A stretch of 64,000 nt of DNA from Marsupella aquatica (GCA_973895155.1 OZ316894.1:4984944-5048943); one strand, 5' to 3'. Positions 12,428-25,289 are shown, counted from the first letter of the stretch. Notes: generated by a model not told the origin, from the sequence alone. Made by a program: numbers and translations.

Positions 12428-13880
12428 GATGAGGATAGATATGGCAGTGAAACAAGCGCAACAACAGATGGACGATGCTTGCTGGCCGCTGTCAAAGTGG
12501 ATGGCCGATAAAGCACTAAAACTTACAACGACAGAAAATCACAAACAAATTAGGTACAGAAAATGGATGGGGACAGAGATGGCGAGGAAGCAAGCACAAC
12601 AACACATGGACAGCACATGATGGCTGTCACCACCTAAACCACCTAAACCACCAAACATTGCAAAAAGAAAAATCATAAACCAGAATAGGTGTAAAAAAAG
12701 GATGGGGATAGAGATGGCAGGGAAGCAAACGCCACAACAGAAGGATGGTGCTTGGTGGCCCCCATCAAAGTCGAAGGCCGATAAAGCACCAAAAATTACA
12801 AAGAGAGAAATCGCAAATGAGATTAGGTACAGAAAAAGGATGGGGATAGAGATGGTGGAAAAGCAAGGCCAACAATAGATGGACAGCGCTTGATAGCTGT
12901 CAGCACCATTCATAACCAATAAATCACCAAAATATTACAAAGTGAACAATTACAAACAAGATTAGATACCAAAAAGGATGGGATAGAGATGGCGGGTGAG
13001 CAAGCTCAACAACAGATGGACAGCGGTCATGCAGTCAAAGTAGATGACCTGTAAAGCGCGACAAAAATTCCAAAGAGAAACATCACAAACAAGATTATAT
13101 GTAAGAGGATGGGATAGAGATGGAGGGGAAACAATCCCAACAACAGATATGGAAGGCGCTTGATGGCCCTCCATCAAAGTTGATTTCCATTCCAATAAAG
13201 CAACAAAAATTACAACAAAAAAAATTCACAAACGAGATTAGGTACAGAAAAAGGATGGAGATAGAGATGGCGGGAAAACAAACGCAACAATAGATGAGCA
13301 GCTCTTGATGACTAATAAAGCACCAAAATTTACAATGCGAAAAATCACAAGTGGAGATTAGATATACAAAACAATTTTTAATTACATTATCATTAAAGAT
13401 ATTTGAATTTGCAATATTATCATTATTTTTTTCATATTTATAAAAATTAATTACCTTAATAAAATTGTTTATCTATATGTAAAATAATGGTATTTTTATA
13501 AATATAAACAAAATAATGATAATATTATGCATTAGAACATCTTTAGTGACAAAGATACACAAAAAAGATGGAGATAGAGGTGGCAAGGAAACAAGAGCTT
13601 TAACAGACTTAGATGGACGGTCGCCGTCGGTTGCTGCAGAGGCCACCAGGAAGCAAGTGCAACAACACACCGACGGCGATTTCTGGCCGTCACCATCATC
13701 GGTGGCCAACGGGGTGATCGGGAAGCAAGTGCAACAACAGACCGACGGCACCTGCTCGCCGTCGCCATCGTCGGTGGCCGAAGGGGACTATCGCGAAGTG
13801 AACTCAACAACAAACCGACGGCGCCTGTCGGCCATCGTCACCGTCGCGCGGACGCTGGTTGCTACCGTGGCAGGGCGCGC
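12428..13880. repeat. Degenerate ~135-140 bp tandem repeat array (about 8 units) grading into ~63 bp GC-rich subunits
   Basis: Recurring gatggggatagagatggc..aagcaagcgcaacaacagatggacagc..aaagcaccaaaa..gattaggtacagaaaaag near 12428, 12566, 12701, 12839, 12977, 13108, 13254 and 13567. Core ggaagcaagtgcaacaac recurs at ~13649 and ~13721. Confidence 0.85.
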
Positions 13881-14489
13881 CCCTCTTATCCGAACGCTTG
13901 CTCCAGAAAACGTGGCGAATTTCTGTCACCTAATTTGTCGTGCAAAATGGCAGATCGAAAGCTCCAGACTATGAGAGATTTGATACTGTAGCTCTCTGTC
14001 TATGTCGGTCTCCACTCTCTCTGAATGACTGAATCCCTCCTCCGTCCGCACTGCCTGCCTCGACGCGTGTGAGAAAGACCGGGTCCCAAGAAGAACAAGA
14101 AGAGTAGAAGACCTTGCTTCTGACATCACTCCAGTGCCATACTACTACTACAGTGGCACTGTGGGGAACGCAGCGAGGCGGAGCAAAGGTAGGCTGACGA
14201 ACGAAAGGAATCGGAAGCACTTCCTTTCCCGTGCTCTTCCGTCAGGAAATTCTTGATCTCGTGCTGGCATCGTTGATCCTTCCTTCCTCGATTTGCCCCC
14301 CTTCGCTTTTCGACCCTGGTTTGACGGAGAGCTCCCCCCCTGTTGGCATTCCCTATTAATCTACAGTGCGCTGATGTGCCGCGCATAGCCTTGCGTAGCA
14401 TCAAGCTGACCCTGGATCAGGATCAGTAATGTAATTACAGGAGAGCCAGGACCGTTTCTCGGAGTGAGGGGTTTGCGTGTTTTGTCTAT

Positions 14490-14624
14490 ATGGAGAGGGA
14501 ATCCCTTGGAGTTCTGCTGTGGAGGATGGAAAGATGTTCGCGTAATTGGAGGGGTGTGTGTCGCTGTAGTTGTTGCATAGTCTTGAGGAGTTGCCATCGA
14601 TGTCGAGCAAGCGGGCGGGATTGA
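14490..14624 (+). promoter_or_regulatory. 44-codon Cys-rich upstream ORF, in frame with and abutting the F-box start
   Basis: ATG at 14490 and TGA at 14622-14624, immediately followed by the main ATG at 14625. Translation is not demonstrated. Confidence 0.5.
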
Positions 14625-15821
14625 ATGGTGCTAGCTACCGTAGCTATGGGTACTGAGCCGGTTGCAGGAAGGGTTGTTGTTACAGGTCGAGATGGAGAGC
14701 ATGGGGCGGTAACTCTCAATGACGATGTAGTCTTCGAAGTGTTAAGGCGACTGGATCCTGTTACCCTGGCAGCGGCCAGTTGTGTGAACTCCGATTTTCG
14801 GCACATGGCCGACAATGAAGCTCTGTGGGAGAAACTTTGCAACAAGCGGTGGCCCTCCACTAAGGATGCCGATGTGAAATCGATCCTGTCAAGCGTAGGA
14901 GGATTTAAGAAAATGTATGCAGAGTGCTACCCTCTGATTGTGAACAGGGAGCTGCCAGTGCTTAGGGAGGAGGATGAATTCGTATCGGAGGATTGCGACC
15001 TGTGGTGGGAGGACGACGATGACTTGGATGAACAGGAAGCGTCCGACCTCTCCCCATTAAACCTTATCTCCATCGTGGATGTCGTCTACAAGGAAAAGTC
15101 TGTCTTCTCGAGAATTGTGGAAGGCATTCCAGGGGCGGACGACTTTCTTGGGTGGTTCTCTAATTGCCCGTTTCGCATCGATCTCCTTAAATCACCGGAG
15201 GAGGAGGACGAGCGATGGGATTACGAGAATCAAAATGCCGTGATAATTGAGGATGATTTGCCGTCCATCACGTCTGTGGAGAAGGAGCGAAAGGATGCGA
15301 AGTTCTGGAGGGCGCTGTGGGATAACATGAGGGTCAGCTGGATCTTGATTAACAAGAAAACGAAGCAGATGGCCAATTTAACAAGCTGGACGCCTTTGGG
15401 TGGGTTACGGCACTGGCCCTGTGATGAGGACTATCTCATTCGATTCGGATCGATCCTTCCTGCGAATCGGGACTCTCTGAGCAGTGCTGTGCAATGTAAC
15501 ATCGTCATGAAGTGCAGATTCGCCAATGTGGGCGAGGGGGAATCTCTAAAGACCACTCTCAGACTGACGGAGCTGAGCATGCAACTTGAAGATATGGGGG
15601 GCGCTCACGTCAATGGCAAGGACAGTCTAGCGATACTTCACAGGGCGTTGGGCTGTCCTAAGAGTAGAAATCATGCTGAGGTCCTGGATTCGTATCACCA
15701 GTATCTCAAAGTCCAAAGCGAATTGAAGGAGAAGAAAATTAGACACGAGGGTCGTCTCGACACTGCTGCAGTTGTCAGTGGTATTAGTGTATTTTTGTTC
15801 GTGTGCTACTTTATCATCTAA
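14625..15821 (+). CDS. F-box protein of the CFB (cytokinin-induced F-box; At3g44326/At2g27310/At2g36090-like) subfamily with a C-terminal transmembrane tail; intronless CDS
   Basis: F-box LNDDVVFEVLRRLDPVTLAAASCVNSDFR...LWEKLCNKRWPS; family motifs LISIVDV, WFSNCPFRIDL, VSWILI, ELSMQLEDMGGAHVNGKDSLAIL; hydrophobic C-terminal AAVVSGISVFLFVCYFII. Confidence 0.88.
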   Translation: MVLATVAMGTEPVAGRVVVTGRDGEHGAVTLNDDVVFEVLRRLDPVTLAAASCVNSDFRHMADNEALWEKLCNKRWPSTKDADVKSILSSVGGFKKMYAECYPLIVNRELPVLREEDEFVSEDCDLWWEDDDDLDEQEASDLSPLNLISIVDVVYKEKSVFSRIVEGIPGADDFLGWFSNCPFRIDLLKSPEEEDERWDYENQNAVIIEDDLPSITSVEKERKDAKFWRALWDNMRVSWILINKKTKQMANLTSWTPLGGLRHWPCDEDYLIRFGSILPANRDSLSSAVQCNIVMKCRFANVGEGESLKTTLRLTELSMQLEDMGGAHVNGKDSLAILHRALGCPKSRNHAEVLDSYHQYLKVQSELKEKKIRHEGRLDTAAVVSGISVFLFVCYFII

Positions 15822-18354
15822 GATGAAGCGTACAAACAAATCGACTCCTAGCTTCGAAGGTGCATGTTGTATATACTGTAGATAGAATTCACACTCAGGC
15901 ATGGGCCACAGTTTGTAGAGTGTCCCTTATATTCAAATCTAGTGCGCTTCATATCGTATCCCACACACCTTCTTGCCCACTTGTATGATTCAAATTTTGT
16001 TCAAGTTCCTTTCCTTGCTTGTTTGTATCGCAAATTTAATTGGTTTCGCTTCTCTATGGATTATTCTTTCAGTGACCGAGAGAACGTAATCATCAGCCTT
16101 GCTTCGCGGGCACATAGGCGTGCTTAAAAGGTGGAATTGAATGTGGCACAGTGCATTTGGGAAATAAAGAGTAGAATTGAATGGGACATGTTCAGCCGCT
16201 TCGGATTACATAACAAAGCTTTAAAAATGGGTAATACACTGTAGAATCTAATGGGACATGTCCAACCGCTTCAAATTTACTTCAAGTCTCAAAAAATCGT
16301 GCAGTCCAGACATTCAAGAGTTGGCAAGGCAGATTCAGCGAGTTTTTGTGGCCCTACTTTTGCAGCTCGTGACCTACTTACAAGAAATTCAGCAAGTAGT
16401 GTTCCTCTACACAAACGCTCGTATTGCAACAGTTCCCCAAAAGCCATAATCCTTTGTTGCTGTGCCTGTCACTGTTTCATCTACAGGATGTTTATCAAAA
16501 GGTTCACTACAAATTCAGCCGTTAAAGATAGGCTGCTTTTCAAATCAGGCTCTGTGACGGTGAGTGACATCAAATCTACTGTTTGATTCCTTCAAGGTGA
16601 ATGCCTCTACGGGTTCCCTCTAGTCCACCCAAAATGTTTCGACAGGATTCTCTCGATGGTTCTACTACTTTCAATTCTTGCAGCTCGTGTTCTCGTCTCG
16701 TGCAAGTAGTGATTTCCGAATCTTCAGGAAAGCTTGTTCTGGTCTGTTCTTAGTCGATCTGCGCGGGCGCTACATTTCCTTGCAGACACGCATATTGTAT
16801 CATACCTCCAGTTGTGCGCCTCATTCAAACTTCCTTACGGGACCACAGAAATCCACAGAAATGGATCGATATCTACCCACCCATCGCACGGCCGGATCTT
16901 TGGACTCAATGTTTTAGCAAACTACTGTAGGAGACCCATCCTACAGGTATAGAAGAGTGTCCATCACGGTGGATAACACAGCAAATGACATTTCTTTGAA
17001 ACAAGCTTTCGGAAATATGATGCTCAACATGTCCAAATCATTGTATACAGGTTCCCTCAGAGGTAAGCTTCCTTTCCAGATAAGCTTTCGTCTTCCAATA
17101 AGGCAGGCCAACCTTCAAAGTCCAGTCATACCCAACCTGCATTCCAGACCAGGCTAGAGTTCAATCATCCCCCAAAGAAACAAAAAGGTGCACAACCTCC
17201 AAACACCATCCCACATGCAAGAGATCCTATAGAGGGGAATGAAATAAAGGAAAACTTCAGGAAGAGGAAAGAGCCAAAAAGCCCAAGAGTCCCAAGCAAA
17301 AGTCCACCACAACATCAAACAAAAACTCAAAGCCTAAGACTTTACAGATTGGCAAAATGACAAGCCTGGTAGAGTTTCAGGTAAACTGCATAGGATGGTC
17401 ACGCATAGAAATTTGACTTTTATAAGCCCTGAAAGCCATTACAAGGAATAGTGAATGCCTAAGCCCTTTGCAGATTGTCATGCGCATACACATCGTTACA
17501 TAACATATATCGTTTGTCACACATATCCAAGCATAGTCACAATCCAACGACACAAACATAAGAGAATGAACTACAAATGGAACCCATGTCCATACCTCGG
17601 GGGTTTCACTTCCACAAAAATGGCATATCACGTGCGACGAATGATAGGGTAATTTTATTGGTTCTAAGGGAAGACTTAAGAATTTTTGTAGAAGAACAAT
17701 AGGGTCTTTTAAATTCAATTTTGAGACTTCTAAGAATATTAGGGTTTTTTTAATCCAAATTTTAGAATATTCCAACTTTATAGGGGTTAAAAAATATATA
17801 AAAAATCTTACATTTTAGGGGGTCCGAGGCCTAAAAACGTCGCAGGCGATGGGGAGGTCCCCATATAGTGAGACCCCTGAGGTCCATACATGTCCAAAAC
17901 CCACAATAATCTTCAATGGTGCAAATCAAACAACGATCGATGCTAATCCAACAACGATCCCGTCCCACGCGATCACACATGTATGTCAAGCCCAACACGC
18001 CTTGTGTTTCAAGGAATCCACGTTACATGCACACAACCTGGTTGGCCACACCATAACTACCAAGCTCATGTTCAAAAGCTCAACATTGAAAGATGAGGCC
18101 TTTGAGCCAACACAAGGGGATAAATATCCCTCACACCAACTCAAACTAAACACACAGGCTCATATAGCACACATACAGAACCTCTATATCTAGATATTAC
18201 GATATACTACACTATCACTCTAAATATTGTGACAAGAGCAACAGACACCTGTGGTCTACAGAAGACAGCACAGGCCCTACAAAACAATCAAAGATGAGAT
18301 TTTGGGCCCCAAAGACCTCCAAAGCAAGCAGGTAGAACAGGTCTCTAGGGTAAC

Positions 18355-20860
18355 TGTGACAGGGCCCCAAACCCGGTAGTAACTTAGTGATAACTTATAA
18401 TTGCGTATATAAGTAGAAAGACAAGTAGGTGTAGTAAAAGTGTTTGGATTTTCAAATTTTTCATTTTTGTTAGTTCTAATAAATGGATGCGACAACCGGA
18501 CGAAACGGAGTTGAGAGGGGTGCCGGGCGATGATGGATGACAAGGGAACCATTGAGGGGGTACAAGGAGGCCACAAGGCAGCCCAAGGACTTGGAGCCAA
18601 GGTGTGGGCATCTTGGAGGGGTGGGGGCTGGTCGGAGGCTCCACGTAAGGCGCAAAACGGGAAGAATGACCAAAATATAGAAAACGTTGAAACTTAAAAC
18701 AGACGTTTCTGCGCTAGTACTATTCCAAACATGGTCATGTTTGGATTAATTTTGAAGCCATCAATGAGCCCCATGCGAAACTGAGGTTCTCTAGTTGATT
18801 TTAGGTCTATATCAAACAGTGACATCTTGAGGGACCTCAACGCCCCTAAAACGGCAAACTAGGCAATCTTGGAGTAGTGATGGTGGGAGGGCCCTTAGAA
18901 TGAAGGGGTTCCCACACTTTTGTTCCCCTTCACCCTTTGTGTGGTCCTCACATGGTTTTTTGTTCTCTTTCTCTTCCCCACTTCGTAGAGGGACACTCCG
19001 TAGAAGGGGCCCTCACACTTTCTTCCTTCCCTTTTTCTCTATTCTCACTTGTGGGGTTTCCACCCATACCTAAACCCTAAACCCTTTCCCTCTTGTGCTT
19101 GCTTTCGACATGTGTACGGACCCTGGTTGTACGAACATCAGATTTTTGACCATCTCAAAATCAGGAGTCTACAGGCTTGTTGGAATGAGCTCGCCAAGCT
19201 GAATCCAACGATGTGTCACACCGCCAAAACGGAGCTAAGACGGGGGAGATACAACTGATCGTGTTTTTTGAGAATACTGGGGTTTTTGAGGCCGTACGGA
19301 CGTCCATACGGCAAGAGGTCCCGGCTTGCAAGGGAAGAAGGAGATAGCAGCACATACGGAGAAACCGTGATCTGTGTTTTGCAAAGACGGGCCCCCTGGT
19401 GTTGTACGGACGAAACGGAAGGAGACGGTGCCCTGTGAAAACTTAAACGACCATATCCATTTGACCTTCGTTTTGTGCACCGTTTACGGAGTCGTGATCA
19501 GGAAGAGGAGGGCTCCTCAGATATGTTTTCAGAAGTGAATTATGAGAAAATTTTAGTTTCGACAATTGTAGGGGCCCCCTCCTTTTACAATGGACCAGAG
19601 GTGGCGATCAGGAGGATTGAGGCTGGTAGGCAAGATAGATAGATAGGATAGGAGGTGGTGGACTCAAGTGAGTCCTTGTTTAGCGGAGTGGTATCCACTC
19701 CAATGGAGAGCGGTGAGGAGACCAACTCACGGGGCTCAAACCAGGGCACCGTGAGTGAGGAGGGGGCACGGTGAGTCAGGAGGAGGAGGCACCGTGAGTG
19801 AGGAGGAGGAGGACTAATGAGGAGACCAACTCACGGGGCTCAAGCCAGGGCACCGTGAGTGAAGAGGAGGAGGATTAGAGTGATCGTACGGACGTGGTTG
19901 TACGGCCCCTTGACTTTTCAACTTTTTTGTGAGGGGTCACTCACGGGCTTGTTGGAAAGAGCTCGCGGAGCTGATTCCAACAAGAGGCAGCGCTCCTCAA
20001 GCGGAGCCAGGATGAGCAAGTTAGGGCCCGACGAAGTTGGGTTTACGGGATACTGAAACAACCATAACTTGGTCGTCCGATGTCCGTTTCAAGAGCGGTT
20101 GAGTGATTCATGATCAGGAGGAGGAGGGATATCCAGGGGTCAACTCAGAAGTGCAAGTGGAAGGGCATCTAGTTTCGGCCATTGTGGGGTTCCTTGCAAT
20201 TTCACAGTTCACGGAGTAATGTTGGGGCGCTGTCGAAGGCACCGTCGGCCCCATTGTTAGTTTAGGGTTTAGGGTTTTAGAAGCATGTGTGTGCCGCATG
20301 CTTTTAGTTTAGGGGTTTCTTAGTGAAGGGTTTAGCGGCGCCGCTAGGGTAAGCCGCCAATCGTTGTGGCCCCTTGAGGTGTGCTTTGGTGTGTTTTTTG
20401 GTATTTAGGGGGAAGAGCCCCGTAGTAGTGAGGGGGGGAACTCAGTCTAGTGTTGGCTTTAGGAAGTTAGCTCAGAGCCAGAAGAGGGAATCAAGCCAGA
20501 GTAGTGAGGTAGAGGTGTAGCACTTGCCCCAACGAGGCAGTAGTTGGGCAGACGGTAGGAGGCCGGGTTGTCCTTGCAATGTGTTACGATGTTTTGCCAA
20601 AAGATATGGATTTGGTTTGATTCCTCAAGTTTTGGTGTGGTGTTACCTTTTCTGGTTCACGATTGTGTTCTTTCCCAAGAAATGTCTAAGGAATCCTTGC
20701 ACGGTTTGGTCAACCATGTGAGTAGGAGGAGTGGTGACAACACTCCACCGACGACCAGTAGGAGTGTGTGTGTGGTGTAGTCCATGGGACCTTATCAAAA
20801 GCAGAGCGGCTAGTCGGTAGACTTGATCAAAAATTACATTTCTGGGAGCGGAAATAAACA
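18355..20860. mobile_element. Probable long LTR or non-coding retrotransposon remnant (unclassified)
   Basis: GC-rich non-coding block starting TG and ending ...GGAAATAAACA. Internal direct repeat ggagaccaactcacggggctcaa.ccagggcaccgtgagtga (~19717 and ~19821) and TTTAGGG/CCCTAAA motifs. No TSD found, so boundaries are tentative. Confidence 0.35.
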
Positions 20861-21300
20861 TACTCATCCTACATGCAATAGAATCCTAATAGCGTCCCTC
20901 CACGTTCTCGTCATACGATAACAAACGATTTTAGTAGGAGTAAATATGTATTTGTCGTGTAAATCGTTTGATAAGTAGGTGACAGTAACGCGTCATACAA
21001 GGCTCTTCGTTGAACCAGGCAGGGGCAGCGTCACAGCTCGATCAAAACCTAACCATAGATCAACAGTATATGTCCAGTACCATGGAAGTCGAAGCAGGCC
21101 TTGATTTGCAAGGTTGGTCTGACTGCTTCACTGGTTCTTTAAAGGGGAAAGCTCTGACTGTGCAAGTTTGATATGACAATAATATGCTGTTTTTTTTAAA
21201 CAAAGGGAAAGGCACCTTTGAGCAAGCTGTGCAACTAGCTTACAGACAGGGAAAAAGCCTAGTTTCTTAGTTTCTACAATACCGCAAGCACATCTGACCT

Positions 21301-21410
21301 ACCCAAAGTGGCTTGGCATTGAACCCACATGTAGACCCACCCAAAGTGGTTTGTCATAGAGCCCACATTTAGACCCACCAAAAGTAATTGGGCACTAAAC
21401 CTACTTATTT
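21301..21410. repeat. ~39 bp tandem repeat, 3 degenerate copies
   Basis: cccaaagtgg.ttg.cat.ga.cccacat.tagacccac recurs. Confidence 0.75.
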
Positions 21411-21426
21411 GCAGGAGCAGAATTTG

Positions 21427-21500
21427 GAGCACCACTCTCCTGATGGGGATTGAACTTGAGACCTGCTGTCACAAGGCACCCTTGGCCACCTGGGCTGACC
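21427..21500 (-). mobile_element. tRNA-derived SINE head or tRNA pseudogene
   Basis: Minus strand reads GGTCAGCCCAGGTGG (A-box-like) ... AAGTTCAATCCC (B-box-like) at tRNA-like spacing. No convincing acceptor stem or anticodon arm. Confidence 0.45.
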
Positions 21501-21772
21501 GCAAGAGCTTACTAAACTGGTTCATAATGTAGTTTGGAGGTTTCTAAGAAACTCTGTTGCTTCAGGTTCTAATATCTTTCATGCTACTTTGTCAGGCAGT
21601 GTTATTGGCACACTTTAGGATAACATCAACACAAGTGTGTCAAGATTTGTGCAAGGAAAACTAAACTACCCATCCGAGTACCCATCCACTAATATCCACA
21701 GGACCCATAAACAAAATGGTTACAAAGCTTAGTAATTTGTTGAGGCTAGATGTCAAAGAGTTTGACAAGCTA

Positions 21773-22193
21773 TATTGTTCAGTGTAGAGTTATATAAGAA
21801 TTAGCATTACTTCCAAATTACTAACACTTATTTTGATGAGAGTGGTCTTGAGTCCAAAGTAACACTAATTCTTGTCAGTTTTTCTAAGTAGCTTTTCAAC
21901 TTTGGTTTAAAGTACTAGTAAAAAATGAATGATCTTGAGTCCCAATTAAGTGACACAAATTCTTGTGGGTACCAAGATTTTATGCAAAAGAAGGAACGAT
22001 AGCAATCCCTAACCAAGATTTTCACAAATAGTTTTTTCCCACTATTTCCACTCTTGAGACCAAATACCACTAATTCTTCTGCGCCACATTAGTGTTATAA
22101 CAGAGTTAGTGTGAGTTGCACTAACTCACAGGTAGAGCCCAAAAATGTATGCTCTTGAATTAGTGTGAGTAACACTAATTACAGGGAACAGTG
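21773..22193 (-). mobile_element. Non-autonomous CACTG-ended (CMC/EnSpm-like) element; inverted copy of 57935-58310
   Basis: Ends ...taacactaattacagggaaCAGTG followed by TA; mutated left end TA|tattgttc; many (t)aacactaatt subterminal repeats; aligns by eye to the reverse complement of 57935-58310. Confidence 0.7.
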
Positions 22194-23129
22194 TAGGTTG
22201 CTAATATTCCTGAGCAAAATGAGGACTCTGTTGTCTGTGTGCAAGGAGAAACAATAGGTGAAAAGGAAAATTGTCAGGTGATAGGGGGCTGGGAGACATT
22301 AAATATGTCTTGCAAGATCCCAGGGCGACAAGGGAAATGGCAAGGTGATGGGAAACGGCCAGGCAAAGCAAAATGTCCAAATGAAAAGGATACACATCTA
22401 CAACTATAAAACCCAATCCTGCCAAATTTCATCCATCATCCGCTTACAAAAACAGTTATAATGGGCGGGAATGATCAGCAGTCGTTGGATTCTTTTGCAC
22501 TTTTTCCCTAACCATTCATGCAAAAAGGGGACGTTGGGCCTGAGGCAGGGGTATGCCTGACTGCCCACTACTCCCTCCCTCATAACTGACGTATGTCATG
22601 CTGCACAGTGCCCAGTAGTGGAGCCGGTATGCAACCTGACCAGTGCCCATGATTCCTGCCAGGCCCTTGCTTTCTCACTCACCCAATTGTGCAAATGTGC
22701 AATGCACACACATGGTGATCATTTTGTATTATAAATAACAAATGAGGGTACTTTCTTCTTTGTCAGGAGTAGCATGCTTATAGTATTGTACAAGAATCTA
22801 AAGTTTGAAAAACCCTTTTAGAAGACATCAACTCTTGAAAACTAAGCCTCTTAACTCTCAAGAAAAAAGCCTCAGGGACATCACATTTGATAACATACCC
22901 AGAGTGTATCATTCTAAAACAATATTTTTTACTTAGTGTTACTCTTTTGTCTACATGCTAACAGTTTGGAGCTCAAAGGATGTTTGGTACATTTGTGTTA
23001 TATATACTGTCAGTTTTACTAACACCAAATGTGGCTGCTGCTTTGTTTACACATCTGATATGTGTAAACTTTTGAGCTTGTATTCCTTCAGAAAACTGGG
23101 GCCTTCAAGACAGTCGGGCCATAAGGATC

Positions 23130-24163
23130 ATTAGGGGGTCTCAAATATGGGGCCGTCATGTGTGTTCCCGGGAGTTCACTGTTGTCCGTGAGTGCCCCGC
23201 GGGCGAGTATAACGGGGGAAGGAATCTCTGTCACCCCAATGTTTTACGCCCGTAATGTGAGACTCCCGGGAGGAGAAAGTGGGTACGGGAGGCACATGCC
23301 AATTTTGAGACGGCCCGGGTGTGTCACGATTGGGAAGGCAGAGTCGCAAAGTATACATCGCGTCAAGAAGTGTTTTTATCGTGAAGTTTGAATTTTGAGT
23401 TTACGTGGGAGGCGACTTAGGGAAACATGGAGATGTCAGTACCTGCGAGTGAGGATATGAATCTTCAACACCATTCCTCTTCTGAAATGGCGCCCAGGTC
23501 TGCAGCGACAGAACGCGCTTTCAGTGGCCAGCCATGTGGGGAATGCCCTTACACCAAAGACTGCAGCGATGGCGTTCGCGATGGCATTTTCGACGCACTC
23601 TGGTATCATGTTCTTTAGCACACAGAGAAATGAGGCCCTGCATAGTTACAAGCCTGGCCCTAGCTAGTTCGGCCAAACGGACTATCCCCGGGTGTTTCCG
23701 AAATGCCGCGGTCAGAGTGTGCGGGCCAGCCTAACAGTCTCCCGCACATTTTCAGGCCGCGTCCACCCGAACCTAACTCGGGCCGCTGCAAAACTGTCCC
23801 GGGCCGATATTTGAGTCCCCCTATTGGGCCAGTGAAACCGGAAGGAGCTCGCCGGCCCTGTTGTCTGGCCCAGGTTCATCCGGGCCAGGTTCACAAAACT
23901 TGAGGGAAAGGGGCAATCGGCCCTGGCCTCCCACAGCTTAAAAAATGAGAACAAGCCGGCCTAGGTTAGGGTATTCTTGACTGTGGTAAGGCAGGGTCAA
24001 TCACGCCTCACCATGTGCCAGCCAATCAATGCTGAGTGACCTCAGGTTAACTACGTTGGTTAGGTAACTTGTATACCAATCAGGGGTCAACATGACAATT
24101 GAAATAGTTGGGGGACAGGTTACTATTTTGCTCATTTTGGGGGACACGTTCGTAAAAACAGGT
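23130..24163. mobile_element. CpG-rich insertion, possibly a MULE-like non-autonomous element
   Basis: Abrupt GC/CpG rise. The right end has duplicated gggggaca...aaaa motifs resembling a Mutator TIR. Similar flanking sequence (atgctaacagtttgga) lies on both sides at ~22955 and ~24365. No matching left TIR was found. Confidence 0.3.
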
Positions 24164-24174
24164 ATATTAATACT

Positions 24175-24480
24175 ATTCGTGTCTTTTGGTCAACGTGACT
24201 ATGTCTAAGATTGTTTTGTCCATTTGTGCCTTTTGGTCAAATGTGACGATGTCGAAGATTGTTTCATCCATTTCTGTCGTTGGTCAAATGATGACAAGCC
24301 CACAAATCAGGATATATCATTTTTAAAACATTATTTTCTTCCTTAATGTTTTACTTCTGTCTGAATGCTAACAGTTTGGATGTCAACAGATGTTTTCTTG
24401 GTGTCACTGGTGTGGTTTGGTCAAATGTGATGACGTCAAAAAACGTTGGTCCGTTTGTGTTGTTGGGTCAAATGTGATGC
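24175..24480. repeat. ~48-50 bp degenerate tandem repeat, about 5 copies
   Basis: ttggtcaaatgtga.ga.gtc.aa.a..gtt...tcc.tttgtg recurs. Confidence 0.7.
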
Positions 24481-25289
24481 TCCATCTGGTCACCACCTTC
24501 CCAAGTCTCCCATCCATGACTGAAACTATATATTCACACTAACCAAAGCTCTTACACTAGACTTTTTCATTGTACCTGACAATACACTTTTGCAAAGGTT
24601 ACATAAAGCAACTTGCACCATTTCCTGGTGTCATTTGGAACATGAATGTCGGAGCCAACGGACCCTCACTCATGAAGGATCCAAATAGAAGCTCTTAAAG
24701 CATAAACTAGTTTTCTTCAAAGCAACATTGCCAGTAATGGTTTCTTGGGCAGTACCAAGAGACAAATGCACATTCTCTGAAGCGTTTTACTGGCAGCTAA
24801 AAATAGACAAATTGCTCTCTGGAGCATTCAGCTCTTTCAGCTAAGCTAAGAGTGCTGAGTACTGTACAATTATACACAGAGAAAATTCAATTACTAGTGT
24901 TGGAGGCACATAATGGACCACTTCAAAATTGGTAGATGCCCATCTGGGTTCAAGGGGAGCCATCCTTGGATGGCTTTTAGGTCCAGATGCAAAGGTAAGT
25001 GTTGAGTTCCATTGGGGGTACCTTGGCACCCGCCCCCCCTGCGGCCGGCCGGTTGGCGTCATTTGTAGTTTCTGCTTGGTTGGTTTTAGGCCCCTCTGGC
25101 GGTTTTAGAGAAGAAGTATAAAATACAATGTGGTGATCATACTCTATAAATCCCTAACCCCAATTGTTTCGAAGTGGGCTTGGAACTGGTTGGAACTGGT
25201 TGCTATGCTCACACAGGTTACATGCACCCCTCCCTCACTGCATCTAGTTGGTGTGAGTGGGGAATTACTATTGATAACAATAAGAGCTC

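Noticed and set aside
12428-13880. Regularly spaced repeats (also 47475-47880 and 56610-57060) as CRISPR-like arrays
   Set aside because: Whole units are homologous, with no unique spacers between identical repeats. No cas genes, and the context is eukaryotic.
13516-13974. 152-aa ORF upstream of the F-box gene
   Set aside because: Translation of the GC-rich repeat units; no domain or splice support.
14622-14624. In-frame TGA as a selenocysteine codon
   Set aside because: Land plants lack the Sec machinery, and I saw no SECIS-like element.
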